From a virus (taxonomy: Duplodnaviria > Heunggongvirae > Uroviricota > Caudoviricetes), in IMG/VR virus record IMGVR_UViG_2671180724_000008: a stretch of 64,000 nucleotides of DNA; one strand, 5' to 3'. Each line of letters opens with the position of its first letter. Within the stretch, counting starts at the first letter, position 1. The notes under the pieces were generated by a model. The model was given only the letters and a program-made list of their open reading frames with translations. It made no database searches and had not been told where the DNA came from. The position numbers and the translations under genes were made by a program. Shown one piece after another: positions 1 to 9,875 of this stretch.

Positions 1-1
1 T

Positions 2-265
2 GGCGCAAAAATCTGGGCCGGTCCATTAATGCGAACAGGTGATGTAAGAATTTACAACGCAAAAACTGAGACGTTCGAGGATGTGTTAGGCGAATATGGG
101 ATGGGAAAAGAAACCGGCTTTTTGCCGTGGAACAGAGGATTGTTACTTGATCCAGAATTAAGCTCTTGGTTTCCAAATAAGGTGCAAGTTAACGTTGAGA
201 AATTTATCGTACTTATCATCTCCCGCAAAACAAGAACCCCAGTTGGTTTATATCTAAAAGATTAA
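2..265 (+). CDS. Hypothetical protein, C-terminal part of a gene starting upstream of the window
   Basis: Frame open from position 2 with no upstream stop; followed by hairpin plus T-run at 267-294. Confidence 0.35.
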   Translation, partial: GAKIWAGPLMRTGDVRIYNAKTETFEDVLGEYGMGKETGFLPWNRGLLLDPELSSWFPNKVQVNVEKFIVLIISRKTRTPVGLYLKD

Positions 266-266
266 C

Positions 267-294
267 AATTAGGCGACTTCTGTCGCCTTTTTTG
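267..294 (+). terminator. Rho-independent terminator (GGCGAC-ttct-GTCGCC then TTTTTT)
   Basis: GC hairpin followed by T-run directly after stop codon. Confidence 0.7.
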
Positions 295-390
295 TTAACA
301 GCCATTGATTCTCGCCTAAAAATTCTAAGGCAGCACCTACCATTTAACCTTTACACAGCAGCCGTAGGCATTTAGGCTATATCACATATA

Positions 391-409
391 AGAAAACAAG
401 TTGTTTCAG
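391..409. promoter_or_regulatory. Copy of recurring palindromic motif AGAAAACAAgTTGTTT upstream of parA
   Basis: Same motif recurs upstream of at least eight other genes in the window. Confidence 0.4.
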
Positions 410-441
410 ACAATAATAATAGACGCAAAGGGAACTCTCCA

Positions 442-1110
442 ATGACCAAGATCTTTGTGGTTGGCGGCACAAAGGGCGGGCCTGGCAAATCCACTGTTGC
501 CCAGCAAATTGCCGTTTGCCTGAAAGTCAAAAAGAAGAAGAAGGTTTATATCACTGATATAGATATTCAGCGCACGACAACAAGCTGGTGTGAAGACCGT
601 CGACAGAACGAAGACCTTGAGCTGATTCCTTTTGCCTACGTTCAGGATGACATCATTAAGCACCTAAAATCGCTTCAGGGTAGAGCTGAGTTTGTAGTGG
701 TAGATGCTGGTGGCTTTGACTCCGAAATTCAGCGACAAGCGATGCTGATGGCCGACGTTATCATTATCCCGCTGCGTCCTAAGCGTCGTGATTTGAAATC
801 TCTGCGTGACATCGATCCTATTATCGACAATGTTCGTAATGTAAACGATAAAGTGAAGGTCCGCGCGGTCATGAACCAGTGCCCGGCTTTGCCATCACAA
901 GTGTCTCGCATTCTGGCGGCTAAAGAGATTGTCGAGACGTTTGGCATCGAGTCTGCGCCAGTCAATCTATATAACCGCAACGTCTACGATGATGCGGAAG
1001 AGTCTGGTCGTTCTATCTTCGAAATGACCGGTAGCGAGCGCGACAAAAAGGCTGAAGCCGAGTTTGAAGAATTTGTAGATTATCTGTTGAGTCTGGAGGA
1101 AGAAGAATAA
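442..1110 (+). CDS. parA: ParA/MinD-family partition ATPase
   Basis: Deviant Walker A GGTKGGPGKST near N-terminus; about 220 aa; followed by overlapping small gene. Confidence 0.8.
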   Translation: MTKIFVVGGTKGGPGKSTVAQQIAVCLKVKKKKKVYITDIDIQRTTTSWCEDRRQNEDLELIPFAYVQDDIIKHLKSLQGRAEFVVVDAGGFDSEIQRQAMLMADVIIIPLRPKRRDLKSLRDIDPIIDNVRNVNDKVKVRAVMNQCPALPSQVSRILAAKEIVETFGIESAPVNLYNRNVYDDAEESGRSIFEMTGSERDKKAEAEFEEFVDYLLSLEEEE

Positions 1111-1469
1111 TGTCCATGAAAATGGGTGACCTAGCAAAGCGCAAAGAGCCTGATGCACCGGCTAAGAACACAACTCCTTTGCGCCAACCAGTCAGACCAC
1201 AGGGACGCCCGACTCGTGGCAAAGAGAAAATTAAGAGCCGCACGATGTCACTGGAGGACGAATACTTCGAACTGCTGGAGATGATGAAGTTCATCCCTCG
1301 TTTCGAGAAATTCACCCGTTCAGACGTGATTCGCGCAGCCATTTTCCATCTGGCAGAGAAGTCACCGCAGGAAATCGAGGACATCGTGAAACTTAACGAG
1401 GCGATCACAGCTGCCGATGTCACGATGCGTACCGATGAAATCAAACGAGAGTTGATGAAAAAAGGTTAA
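1110..1469 (+). CDS. Small basic protein, putative partition partner (ParB/ParG-like centromere-binding protein)
   Basis: Start overlaps parA stop (ATGA-type coupling); basic N-terminus; no motif recognised. Confidence 0.4.
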   Translation: MSMKMGDLAKRKEPDAPAKNTTPLRQPVRPQGRPTRGKEKIKSRTMSLEDEYFELLEMMKFIPRFEKFTRSDVIRAAIFHLAEKSPQEIEDIVKLNEAITAADVTMRTDEIKRELMKKG

Positions 1470-1475
1470 AAATCA

Positions 1476-1508
1476 TGCATTGGCGCAATGTACGCGCCAA
1501 TGCATGAC
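1476..1508. terminator. Strong 13-bp hairpin (CATGCATTGGCGC-aatgtac-GCGCCAATGCATG) between convergent genes; possible bidirectional terminator
   Basis: Perfect inverted repeat between the parA-operon stop and the stop of the minus-strand GIY-YIG gene. Confidence 0.55.
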
Positions 1509-1521
1509 TACAGTGTCAGCT

Positions 1522-2289
1522 TTATGCCGCGCTAACACTATGTTCAGTCCTAACCACCCCAACCTTCACAAAAGGGCTACCGTAGCTTGGTGGCTTCTTG
1601 ATTAATTTGCCTACATACAGTTTTCTAATATGCTCATCGGCTATTCTGCCAACAAATTCATAACGTTTTGTGTCGGGGCCAAGAGCTATATCCCTTGTAA
1701 AGTACTGCTGAGAACCGGCTTTGACCCAGCATTCAATCCGATAAACTTCCATTATCAGCCCACCATATGTAGCGTAGGCATATTTGAGATTCTCGTCTCT
1801 TGGAACCTTTGCCCATACGCCACGCGTAGCTTCATATAATGCCAGAGCGGACATTCCTGACTTGTAGGTGCTGTTTAGCAGGAAGGCAAGACCGGCGTGC
1901 TCAGGAGCAATTTCAGTTTCCTCTTGCAGCACTAAGTGATGGTAGGCGTCCAGTGATATTCTGCCCATCATGGAACCACTTCCTCGTACCTTATTCGTAA
2001 GCTCTCCGACCCCCATAAGGTCGATGCATGTCGCCTCAACAAGTTTGGCTGTGGTTTCATCCATACCATGACGAAGTATATCTATGCCTAATTTTTTATT
2101 AGCCAAAAGTTCTTTGATCCGCATGGATTTGGGAGAGTCATCGGGATACTTGATGTGATCGAGACAACGAGTCGATTTGCCTTTTCCTATGTAAAACGGT
2201 CTTTTCATCTTGTCTTCTGTATCATAGAGACAGTAAACATAGTATTTAGCCTTATCCAATGATCTCGCGTATACCGATAAATCGTCCAT
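1522..2289 (-). CDS. GIY-YIG nuclease-domain protein, possible free-standing homing endonuclease
   Basis: N-terminal YVYCLYD...PFYIGKGK...R...H matches the GIY-YIG signature; encoded opposite to the surrounding genes. Confidence 0.55.
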   Translation of the reverse strand: MDDLSVYARSLDKAKYYVYCLYDTEDKMKRPFYIGKGKSTRCLDHIKYPDDSPKSMRIKELLANKKLGIDILRHGMDETTAKLVEATCIDLMGVGELTNKVRGSGSMMGRISLDAYHHLVLQEETEIAPEHAGLAFLLNSTYKSGMSALALYEATRGVWAKVPRDENLKYAYATYGGLIMEVYRIECWVKAGSQQYFTRDIALGPDTKRYEFVGRIADEHIRKLYVGKLIKKPPSYGSPFVKVGVVRTEHSVSAA

Positions 2290-2400
2290 TATTGCATCTC
2301 TTAGCTACTGACTAATGCGTTCTATTTTACACATAAGTTTTTAATCAATTTAACAGGCTCAAAGTGTAGAGCTTCTGGGCGTCTAAGACGACAAGTTATG

Positions 2401-2458
2401 CCTGCTTCCGTATATATAAATAATAAGTAACTTATTAAATATATACAGAAGCAGGTCT
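2401..2458. repeat. Long hairpin element (CCTGCTTCCGTA, AT-rich loop about 35 nt, TACAGAAGCAGG) with T-run; similar copy at 49095-49153
   Basis: 12-bp stems in two related copies; loop of this copy contains the ATAAGTA..CTTAT palindrome. Confidence 0.5.
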
Positions 2459-2562
2459 TTTAAAAGACACCACCAGAACAACTCCCTTCCGTTTCCACTT
2501 CCAAAAACTGCCACCAGTCGCTATCATCCGCCCATTGTGATAAGTAAGTAACTACCTACCAG

Positions 2563-3312
2563 GTGAGCCACATGAGCCAAATCTTTTTCGACACCATCGA
2601 CAACGACCAGTACGACTTCATGACAGAGTGGAATACCGCTGTTATGGATAAGTGGGTTGCTGAAAACATTGGTTTGTCGCGTTGCAAAGACGAGGCTGAA
2701 CTCTTCGATACGAAGTGGTTTGATTACCGCGACATGCATCCTCTTATGGCCACCTGTCTGTTTACAGAGGCATACAAACGTCAGTACTCAAATATCATGC
2801 TGACGCACGGTCGAGAACACTTTGAAACAGCTCCGTTCACCACCGGGTTAAAACGCCTGCCTTATCAGGAGTTGTCGACTGCCAATAAAACGTCGCTATG
2901 GAAAGCACGCCAGTTTGCTGACCGCTATTGCTGCTCATACGACTACTTTATTTCCACCGTTCTTTCCGCAGCTGCACGACGACTGTGGGACAAGCTGCCG
3001 CGTCCGCAGCATTTGTGGCAGCCAGAACTGATTGAGATATTCGAAGATAAATTAGCCAGACGCGCAACAACCCGTCTGGATGACTCTCTGGTTAGCTTTA
3101 AGCATATGGGAGACATGCAGTTCAACCCGATTCAGGAAAGCTATTTTGAGTGGATTCTGGAGCGTTTACGCGCCATCCCCCGCAGCAAGCGCATACGCGC
3201 AATTTTCTCCGCTATCTGGCTAATGGAAATCGTTCCAGAGCGCCTTATTTCCGCCCACTTTCCAGAAGAACTGGAAGAAGCACGGCGGTTTATTGATCCC
3301 CTATCTAATTAA
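2563..3312 (+). CDS. Hypothetical protein (directly upstream of the helicase)
   Basis: 249-aa ORF; no motif recognised. Confidence 0.5.
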   Translation: MSHMSQIFFDTIDNDQYDFMTEWNTAVMDKWVAENIGLSRCKDEAELFDTKWFDYRDMHPLMATCLFTEAYKRQYSNIMLTHGREHFETAPFTTGLKRLPYQELSTANKTSLWKARQFADRYCCSYDYFISTVLSAAARRLWDKLPRPQHLWQPELIEIFEDKLARRATTRLDDSLVSFKHMGDMQFNPIQESYFEWILERLRAIPRSKRIRAIFSAIWLMEIVPERLISAHFPEELEEARRFIDPLSN

Positions 3313-3355
3313 CTAATACTAGAAAACAATTTGTTTAAAAAACAAAGGAAAGCAC

Positions 3356-4696
3356 ATGACCGAACTTTGCCATACAGGACGCGGGCTGTCCGAAGAGTTT
3401 GATGAAGATTTCCAGAACAGACTGACGGCATATTTTTGTCGTGATCACGAGTTTCTTACTCGTGCGGGAGATCTGGTTGTGCCTAGCCAATTTGCCAATG
3501 CGGCCAATGCCATATTGGTTAATATGGTTTCGGGCTATTACCGTATGTACAAGAGCGCGCCCTCTTCATCTGCAATTCTGGATATGCTTAAGCGTGCGAA
3601 ACGCGATAAGACTATCCGTGAGGAACTATTCGCCGATGTTGTTGCTGCGTTTAAGCGCATCCTTGCAGAAAAATTGTCCGATACCTCGTACATGGTTGAC
3701 CAGGTATCAACCTTCGCAAAAAGCGTAGCGTTTGATGATGCTCTGATTAAGGCTGCTGAACTGAAAGAGAAGGGCGACTTTCAGGGGGCGATGGCAATCA
3801 TGGCCAAGGTTCAGCAGATTGGATCGAATGAAGCGACCGGAATCTATGACTACTACACCTCCGCAAGTGAGCGATTGAAAGCGCGTGAATATGAGGCTTC
3901 AGAGGAGTATGTACCAAACAGTATTACAACTGGACTCCCTCTTCTCGATAGGTTGCTGTACCAAAAAGGCTGGGCAAAGCGCGAAATGGTGCTCTTCATG
4001 GGGTTCGCTAAATCCGGTAAATCGACCGCAATGGGTGAGTTTTCCATAAACGCAACGCTTGCCGGCTACAATGTTCTGTATCTCTCGCTGGAGGTTCACA
4101 CCAACATTTTGTCCGACCGCTTTGATGCAAGATTGTCGGAGACGGAAATGTCCAAGCTGGTGGAACGGCGCGATGAAGTTCATCGTAAGTTGGCAGAGTT
4201 GGGAGCCACGAAGGGGATTGGTAGTTTGTGGGTTGTTGAGCGTCCGTCAGGAAGTATGTCACCGGCCGATCTGGACCGTATGCTTAACAGTATGAAAGCC
4301 AATGGCATGGTGCCTGACATGGTTGTTGTCGACTACGCAGATTTGATGCGTGCCAGTTATGACCTTCGTGATGATCGCGCCAATATTCGTAGTATCTACA
4401 CCGATTTACGTGCTCTTTATGACAAACATAACGTTGCTGGGATCACGGCATCGCAGACAAACCGTGAAGGTGGCGCGTCAGAAGTTGCCACAATGATGCA
4501 CGCTGCCGACAACATCGAAAAAGTACGTATTGCTGACCTGGTAATAACGATCAACAAAACCGAAGAAGAAGAAGCGAAAGGAGAGGCTCGTCTCTACTTT
4601 GCTGGTTCGCGTAACCAGCAGGGAGGGATCAGCATTCGCGTTAAACAAAACCTCGAACAAATGCGCTTCATTGAGCGAATCTTAGACGTTACCTAA
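3356..4696 (+). CDS. DnaB-family replicative DNA helicase
   Basis: RecA-fold Walker A GFAKSGKST and Walker B-like MVVVDYADLM; conserved AAAGGAAAgCACATG initiation context. Confidence 0.8.
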   Translation: MTELCHTGRGLSEEFDEDFQNRLTAYFCRDHEFLTRAGDLVVPSQFANAANAILVNMVSGYYRMYKSAPSSSAILDMLKRAKRDKTIREELFADVVAAFKRILAEKLSDTSYMVDQVSTFAKSVAFDDALIKAAELKEKGDFQGAMAIMAKVQQIGSNEATGIYDYYTSASERLKAREYEASEEYVPNSITTGLPLLDRLLYQKGWAKREMVLFMGFAKSGKSTAMGEFSINATLAGYNVLYLSLEVHTNILSDRFDARLSETEMSKLVERRDEVHRKLAELGATKGIGSLWVVERPSGSMSPADLDRMLNSMKANGMVPDMVVVDYADLMRASYDLRDDRANIRSIYTDLRALYDKHNVAGITASQTNREGGASEVATMMHAADNIEKVRIADLVITINKTEEEEAKGEARLYFAGSRNQQGGISIRVKQNLEQMRFIERILDVT

Positions 4697-4701
4697 AAAA
4701 T

Positions 4702-4726
4702 AAGCGTGGAGAACACCTCCACGCTT
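4702..4726. other. Hairpin AAGCGTGGAG-aacac-CTCCACGCTT in the helicase-primase intergenic region
   Basis: Perfect 10-bp stem; T-run lies on the minus-strand side, so not a plus-strand terminator. Confidence 0.4.
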
Positions 4727-4777
4727 GATTCATTGGTGAAACAACTTTTCTTTTGCCAAACCACAAAAGAAAAACAC

Positions 4778-5959
4778 ATGAGCCTTTATGTTATATCAAC
4801 ATTTAGGTTGGTCACAATATTGCCTGTTAAAAGTGGAATTATCGTGAGCGAGCTGAAAGAGCTAATTACCGAATTAGATTTTGAACAATGGTTGGACACT
4901 GAAGGTATCGTTTATCGACGTGGAGGTGTGAGTGCTCGCGGTCGTGAAGTGAATATCAAGGAGTGTCCGGTATGCGGCAGCTCCAACTGGAAGGTATATT
5001 TCAATCTGACCAGTGGCGTCGGCAAATGCTTCGCTGGTGATCATCCCGAAGAGATTCAGTTCAATAAGCTGGTCTTCCTCAAGCACTACAGCGGTAAATC
5101 ACGACGACAGTTCGAGGAATATGTGCAGAACGCTCTTCTTTCCCAGGGGTGGGCACCAAAGAAAGAAGAGATAGTGCTTGCAAGCACAGTCGAGTTAGAG
5201 GGACCACTTGCACTCCCTCGTCATTACGAGCTTCCTATAGATGGCCGTCTTCCAGACTATCTGGTTGAACGAAACATATCACCTGAAATGGCAAAGTATT
5301 TTGACCTACGATACTGCGTCGAAGGCAAGCACGCTTATGTAGATCCGTATACAGATCAGGTAAAAGGACAGATATTCGATATGCGAGTACTGATACCGGT
5401 TTACGATCTGGATGGGGTAATGAAGACATTTCAGGGACGAGACATTACCGGTACAGCAGACCGCCGCTACCTCTTTCCTATGCAGCTTCCAGCTTCAGGT
5501 AAGTTTCTCTACAACGGCCATAATGCGGTCGGCAAACAGACTGTAGTTGTCTGTGAGGGGGCGTTCGATGTTATGGGGGTTAAACGAGCTATTTTTGATG
5601 AAGAAACATTACGTGATTACGTGGAACCGATAGGAACGTTCGGGATGCATCTATCTGGTAACACCACTCAGGATGCAGAAGATCAGTTAGGCGCGTTCCT
5701 GACGCTCAAGGCGCGTGGGTTACGTAATGTGATCATGATGTGGGATAGTGAAAAGCAAGCTATACGCAACACTATGGCCGCAGCCAGGCGACTGACCAGT
5801 ATCGGTCTTAATGTCAAAGTTGCGTGTTTGGGTGAGGAAGGACTCGACCCAGGCGGTGCAACGCCAGAACAAATTATCAAAGCCTATTATCGGGCAAAAC
5901 CGTATACCAAACAGTTGGAGTTGCAAAGCAAGGTTTTGGGCATTAAGGCTCTATCGTAA
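4778..5959 (+). CDS. DNA primase (zinc-ribbon plus TOPRIM, DnaG-like)
   Basis: CPVCGSS...GKC zinc motif and VVVCEGAFDVMG TOPRIM-like motif; start set at 4778 by the conserved AAAACACATG context. Confidence 0.75.
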   Translation: MSLYVISTFRLVTILPVKSGIIVSELKELITELDFEQWLDTEGIVYRRGGVSARGREVNIKECPVCGSSNWKVYFNLTSGVGKCFAGDHPEEIQFNKLVFLKHYSGKSRRQFEEYVQNALLSQGWAPKKEEIVLASTVELEGPLALPRHYELPIDGRLPDYLVERNISPEMAKYFDLRYCVEGKHAYVDPYTDQVKGQIFDMRVLIPVYDLDGVMKTFQGRDITGTADRRYLFPMQLPASGKFLYNGHNAVGKQTVVVCEGAFDVMGVKRAIFDEETLRDYVEPIGTFGMHLSGNTTQDAEDQLGAFLTLKARGLRNVIMMWDSEKQAIRNTMAAARRLTSIGLNVKVACLGEEGLDPGGATPEQIIKAYYRAKPYTKQLELQSKVLGIKALS

Positions 5960-5973
5960 CAAACGCCGTTAAA

Positions 5974-5994
5974 ATAAGTAGATGATTACTTATC
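5974..5994. promoter_or_regulatory. Copy of intergenic palindrome family ATAAGTA-N-TACTTATC
   Basis: One of about 15 dispersed copies, all intergenic. Confidence 0.4.
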
Positions 5995-6034
5995 TTTCTG
6001 TAAGAATACTTTCATCTGTTAGCTAGGAGTTGGT

Positions 6035-6817
6035 ATGAAAGACGAAATTCAGAAATTAGCCTGCGACATCATTGATAAAACTGGTTTAGAAATCAGCGAG
6101 AGCAATCGACTAGACATCATTGAAAAAGCGGTAAAAACAGCAATGGATCATATCGCCACTCGTTTGGTTGAGATCCCGCTACCAGGGCTACCTTATCTGA
6201 AGGTTGAGTTACACGTATGGGGTGAACCTTCTTGTGCACGGCGTTCTGCATTAGTTGTTTTTATTAGCAAAGAAAACCCGCTCAGTCTTAAAGTGCAGGT
6301 TGGTGCATGGATGGATGGAAAAGTGATCTACACAAATACCGTTTTTTGTGCGCCAAACGACAGTATTATTGAAGAGGCTATTCAGGAATCACTTCTAACT
6401 ATGCATAGCTTAGTTTTGCTGGAAGACAAGCAAAACTACGAAGAGTACTTACGGTCGATAAAAGGTGAGAGAACATTGTCACTTAAAGCCGATTTTGTTA
6501 CCCCGACAAACCTGTTGGAAGTCTTGCTTAATAAAGGGGCTAATGATGCCGTAAATGTAATCAGAGAGAGTGAGTATGCGTCTCTTTGCGACATGTGCAA
6601 AAGCCAGTTGGATCTGGTGCATATCGTTATTGATGCTGGGAAGGCATGTGATGGCGTAATGGCGGAATTTGCTGGGAAGATGGTCAGGATTGCTAACGAA
6701 TTACCGATGATAGAGCAAGAGGCTAAATCATACGCCACCAATCATGTCACAGAGCTTCTTGTCCCCTATCGCTTAGAAAGCAATCAGCGCAAGATGGTTA
6801 GCTGGGGAAGTTGGTAA
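6035..6817 (+). CDS. Hypothetical protein
   Basis: 260-aa ORF with GGAG RBS. Confidence 0.5.
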   Translation: MKDEIQKLACDIIDKTGLEISESNRLDIIEKAVKTAMDHIATRLVEIPLPGLPYLKVELHVWGEPSCARRSALVVFISKENPLSLKVQVGAWMDGKVIYTNTVFCAPNDSIIEEAIQESLLTMHSLVLLEDKQNYEEYLRSIKGERTLSLKADFVTPTNLLEVLLNKGANDAVNVIRESEYASLCDMCKSQLDLVHIVIDAGKACDGVMAEFAGKMVRIANELPMIEQEAKSYATNHVTELLVPYRLESNQRKMVSWGSW

Positions 6818-6872
6818 TCTCTCCGCGCGTCGTTTTTTACGCAAATAACGATAGGTAAGTACAAGATTATTT

Positions 6873-7355
6873 ATGGCGGTAGTTGTGAAAGCTGATTTGT
6901 CAAAAATCCCCTCTATTTCAGGAAATAATGGTTATTCACTTCGTTGTGAGGAAGTAAAGATAAACGGTGAGTCGGCATATTGCAGCTACTCCGTTTGCCA
7001 GCACACCATTCTTGCCTTCAAAGAAAACCGTCTTCCTCGAACTTCATTCCAGTCGTGCGCAACCACTATCAAAGCAGGCAAATGCAAGGCGTTAAAAATG
7101 ATGGTTGAAGAGATTCGTAAAGGAGAATCTCTGTATTTCGAAGATATGACCGCGCTCATTAAGGAGGTTGAAGAACGGAATAAACAAGCCAGAACTATAA
7201 AACGAAAACGTGACAGTGTAACGATTAATAGCATGGTTAAGAAGAGCACCACATCACAAACAGCGATCACTGACGTGTATGCGGCGTTGCTTGAAGAAAC
7301 AACAAAAGAAACACATGAGCAAATCGATCAACATATGGAGGCAAAACAACAATGA
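6873..7355 (+). CDS. Hypothetical protein
   Basis: 160-aa ORF; stop overlaps the ligase start. Confidence 0.45.
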   Translation: MAVVVKADLSKIPSISGNNGYSLRCEEVKINGESAYCSYSVCQHTILAFKENRLPRTSFQSCATTIKAGKCKALKMMVEEIRKGESLYFEDMTALIKEVEERNKQARTIKRKRDSVTINSMVKKSTTSQTAITDVYAALLEETTKETHEQIDQHMEAKQQ

Positions 7356-8674
7356 AAAAGTTGATCGCACTTAAGCATAAGCTGGACGAAATGAAAGCTA
7401 TGGGAACCAATGCAAAAAAAGAGGCATTGGCCAACATGGATGACTTCGAGCAAAGCATGGTTTCATTGATGCTCAACCCTTTCATCCGTTTTGGGGTAAA
7501 GAAATACAAAGTGGCAGAGCCGCTTAGTGAGTCCGTCCCAAGTGACGAAAAAGCCATTGATATACTGAATAAGCTGGCCTCTCGCGAGCTGACGGGGAAC
7601 GCAGCAATAGCTGCTGTTGAGTCTATCGTGGCGTCAATGTGCGCCGATGGGCAGGACGTGTTCCGTCGTTTCCTCTTAAAAGATCCGAAAGCTGGCGTTG
7701 GGATTAGCCTATGCAACAAGGTTTTTGAAAATCCCATTCCGAAATTCGAGGTGCAGCTGGCGTCACCGTATAAAGAAAAAGGCGACAAATACCCCTTCAA
7801 GCCAAATCCTAAAGCAAAATGGCCGATGATTGGCAGCCTTAAGCTCGATGGTTTGCGAGTAATTTGCGAGGTTATTGTTGACGAGGAAGAGGTGAACTTC
7901 CTTTCTCGTACTGGTAATCCAATCACGTCTCTCGATCACCTAAAGCCAGCCATGCTCGAATTAGGCAAACTTTCAGGCCACAAACACATCTTCTTCGATG
8001 GTGAAGGAACAGCCGGTTCATTTAACAAGTCCGTATCTGCATTGCGCAAAAAGAACGTGCAGGCAATTGGCGCTATTTATCATGTTTTCGACTTCTTCCT
8101 ACCGGAATGGCGGGCACAGGCTAAATCCAAAGAGTATGCAAAGACAGGTATGAAGCTGAAAGAGCGCCTGGCTATTCTCGTGGCGTTGTTCAAAAACGAT
8201 CGCAGTGAAGACTACGCGCAAGACATTCACCTACATCCGTTCTACATCATCCATAGCCACGAAGACTTCATCGAACGCTTCATGAAACGCCTGGACGATA
8301 ACGAAGAAGGGGAGATGGGCAAAGATCCGAACTCTGTTTACGAGTTTAAACGTACCCGCAGCTGGTGGAAGTTAAAAGACGAAGATTCAGAAGATGGTGA
8401 AATTATCGACTTTGAGCCGGGCGACCCGGACTCTGGTTTTGCCAACACACTTGGAAAAATTGTTATTCGTCTTGAAAACGGCGTCATCGTTCGTGCGAGC
8501 GGCATTAAGCATAAATATCTGGACGAGATCTGGAACAACAAAGAGAAGTACCGTGGTCGTATTGTCGAGGTTCATTGTCACGAGAAAACACCGGACGGCA
8601 GCTTACGCCACCCACGACTGAAATGGCCGCGTTGCTTACGCGATACAGAAGATCGAATCGGAGATAAAGAATGA
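7352..8674 (+). CDS. ATP-dependent DNA ligase
   Basis: Adenylation motif I KLDGLR and WWKLK-type motif V. Confidence 0.8.
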   Translation: MKKLIALKHKLDEMKAMGTNAKKEALANMDDFEQSMVSLMLNPFIRFGVKKYKVAEPLSESVPSDEKAIDILNKLASRELTGNAAIAAVESIVASMCADGQDVFRRFLLKDPKAGVGISLCNKVFENPIPKFEVQLASPYKEKGDKYPFKPNPKAKWPMIGSLKLDGLRVICEVIVDEEEVNFLSRTGNPITSLDHLKPAMLELGKLSGHKHIFFDGEGTAGSFNKSVSALRKKNVQAIGAIYHVFDFFLPEWRAQAKSKEYAKTGMKLKERLAILVALFKNDRSEDYAQDIHLHPFYIIHSHEDFIERFMKRLDDNEEGEMGKDPNSVYEFKRTRSWWKLKDEDSEDGEIIDFEPGDPDSGFANTLGKIVIRLENGVIVRASGIKHKYLDEIWNNKEKYRGRIVEVHCHEKTPDGSLRHPRLKWPRCLRDTEDRIGDKE

Positions 8675-8850
8675 TGCTCGGCTGGATGATTGCATTTTTA
8701 GCGGTTGGTTTTTTAATCGGTATTGTGGTGATGTCCAGTTGCATCAATGACTACATTAAAAGCGGTGTTATAGAACGACGCGGTCGTATTTATCGCATTG
8801 TAGAAATAACCCACACAGTGAAGGAGATTAAGGATGATCGTATTAAGTAA
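8671..8850 (+). CDS. Small membrane protein (59 aa; below track cutoff)
   Basis: ATG overlaps ligase stop; hydrophobic helix MLGWMIAFLAVGFLIGIVV; C-terminal RRGRIYRIVE shared with next small protein. Confidence 0.4.
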   Translation: MMLGWMIAFLAVGFLIGIVVMSSCINDYIKSGVIERRGRIYRIVEITHTVKEIKDDRIK

Positions 8851-9049
8851 GCGGGAGAAGGAAACGCTTCATGAAATCAGTAAGTGGCCGGAGTTCCCTG
8901 AGTACTGGAAGCCTAAAACGCGGGCTAAGTTAGAGCGGTTAGGGTTGGTTGCAAACGTTTCTGAAACGTGGTGTTCGGCCAACTACCAGTTAACTGATAA
9001 AGGGAAAGTATTGCTACAGCAATTAGTAGAATCAGGAGCGTTCAAATGA
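8834..9049 (+). CDS. Small hypothetical protein
   Basis: 71-aa ORF in a chain of overlapping small genes. Confidence 0.4.
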   Translation: MIVLSKREKETLHEISKWPEFPEYWKPKTRAKLERLGLVANVSETWCSANYQLTDKGKVLLQQLVESGAFK

Positions 9050-9198
9050 TTCCATACATCTCATTAGCTTTTATGGGTGGCTTCCTTATTGGCTTCGGCA
9101 TCTGTCGTGATTTAATTAAGCAGGAACTTAAAACCAAAACACTGTGCATCGGAAAGCGTGTGTATCGGGTAGTTCATGAAACAAAGGTGAAAAAATGA
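9046..9198 (+). CDS. Small membrane protein (50 aa; below track cutoff)
   Basis: Hydrophobic helix plus GKRVYRVVHE motif resembling the 8671 ORF. Confidence 0.35.
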   Translation: MIPYISLAFMGGFLIGFGICRDLIKQELKTKTLCIGKRVYRVVHETKVKK

Positions 9199-9485
9199 GC
9201 AATTTAACTTCTTGGGAATGGTGGTTGGCCACCTATTTCTTAGCGGCCGGAGTCGCATTCGCCTTTTACGTAGGTCAGTTAGTCGTAAAACTGTTGCTGA
9301 TTAAATTTGCTAGTCATAAACGTATCGATGATGGTCTGTGGCGTCTTGGCACCCTGGTGGAAACTCGCTACGGGCAACTTAAGGAGAACGAAACCATTAC
9401 TATCCAAGCGAAACGATTCACTGCCACCATCACAAGAACACCTAGTCGTAGAGTGGCATTGATCAAAAAAGTCACAACCGAATAA
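9195..9485 (+). CDS. Small membrane protein
   Basis: N-terminal TM helix WWLATYFLAAGVAFAFYVGQLVV. Confidence 0.45.
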   Translation: MSNLTSWEWWLATYFLAAGVAFAFYVGQLVVKLLLIKFASHKRIDDGLWRLGTLVETRYGQLKENETITIQAKRFTATITRTPSRRVALIKKVTTE

Positions 9486-9494
9486 AAACATATT

Positions 9495-9516
9495 GATAAG
9501 TATTTACTTACTTATC
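9495..9516. promoter_or_regulatory. Copy of palindrome family GATAAGTAtttacttaCTTATC followed by TTTT
   Basis: Perfect 8-bp AT-rich arms. Confidence 0.4.
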
Positions 9517-9875
9517 TTTTGTGTATAAGATGACTTTGTTTTCGTTGAGACGCGACTGTTTGAACTTAAATACAAGTGCAAACGAAGAAGTCTATCTGGC
9601 AGTAGCCTAATAAGCCAAACACCAGCGAGGTCAGTTTCCAGCCTCGTTACCGAAATGGGACACACTGAGCGAGTGTGATTGCAGAACGCAGGAGGGAACA
9701 TTCATGTTCCCTCCGATGAAGTAACAGAATGGGCGGTTGGTATATTTTCAACTCCATATGACTCCCGGATTCTTAGCCACTGACCGCCCATCCTGTTACG
9801 TCATTTTGTTCAATTATGTCGTTTATACTGGGTTAAAAAGCGGCGACGTAGCCCGGCTGGTATGGTTAGCCAGCA

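Noticed and set aside
4702-4726. Hairpin after the helicase gene as a plus-strand rho-independent terminator
   Set aside because: The T-run is on the minus-strand side (A-run upstream on plus), so it would terminate only minus-strand transcription; kept as an unclassified hairpin.
4706-4777. Track start of the primase ORF at 4706
   Set aside because: It overlaps the hairpin at 4702-4726 and lacks the conserved AAAACACATG context, which is present at 4778.
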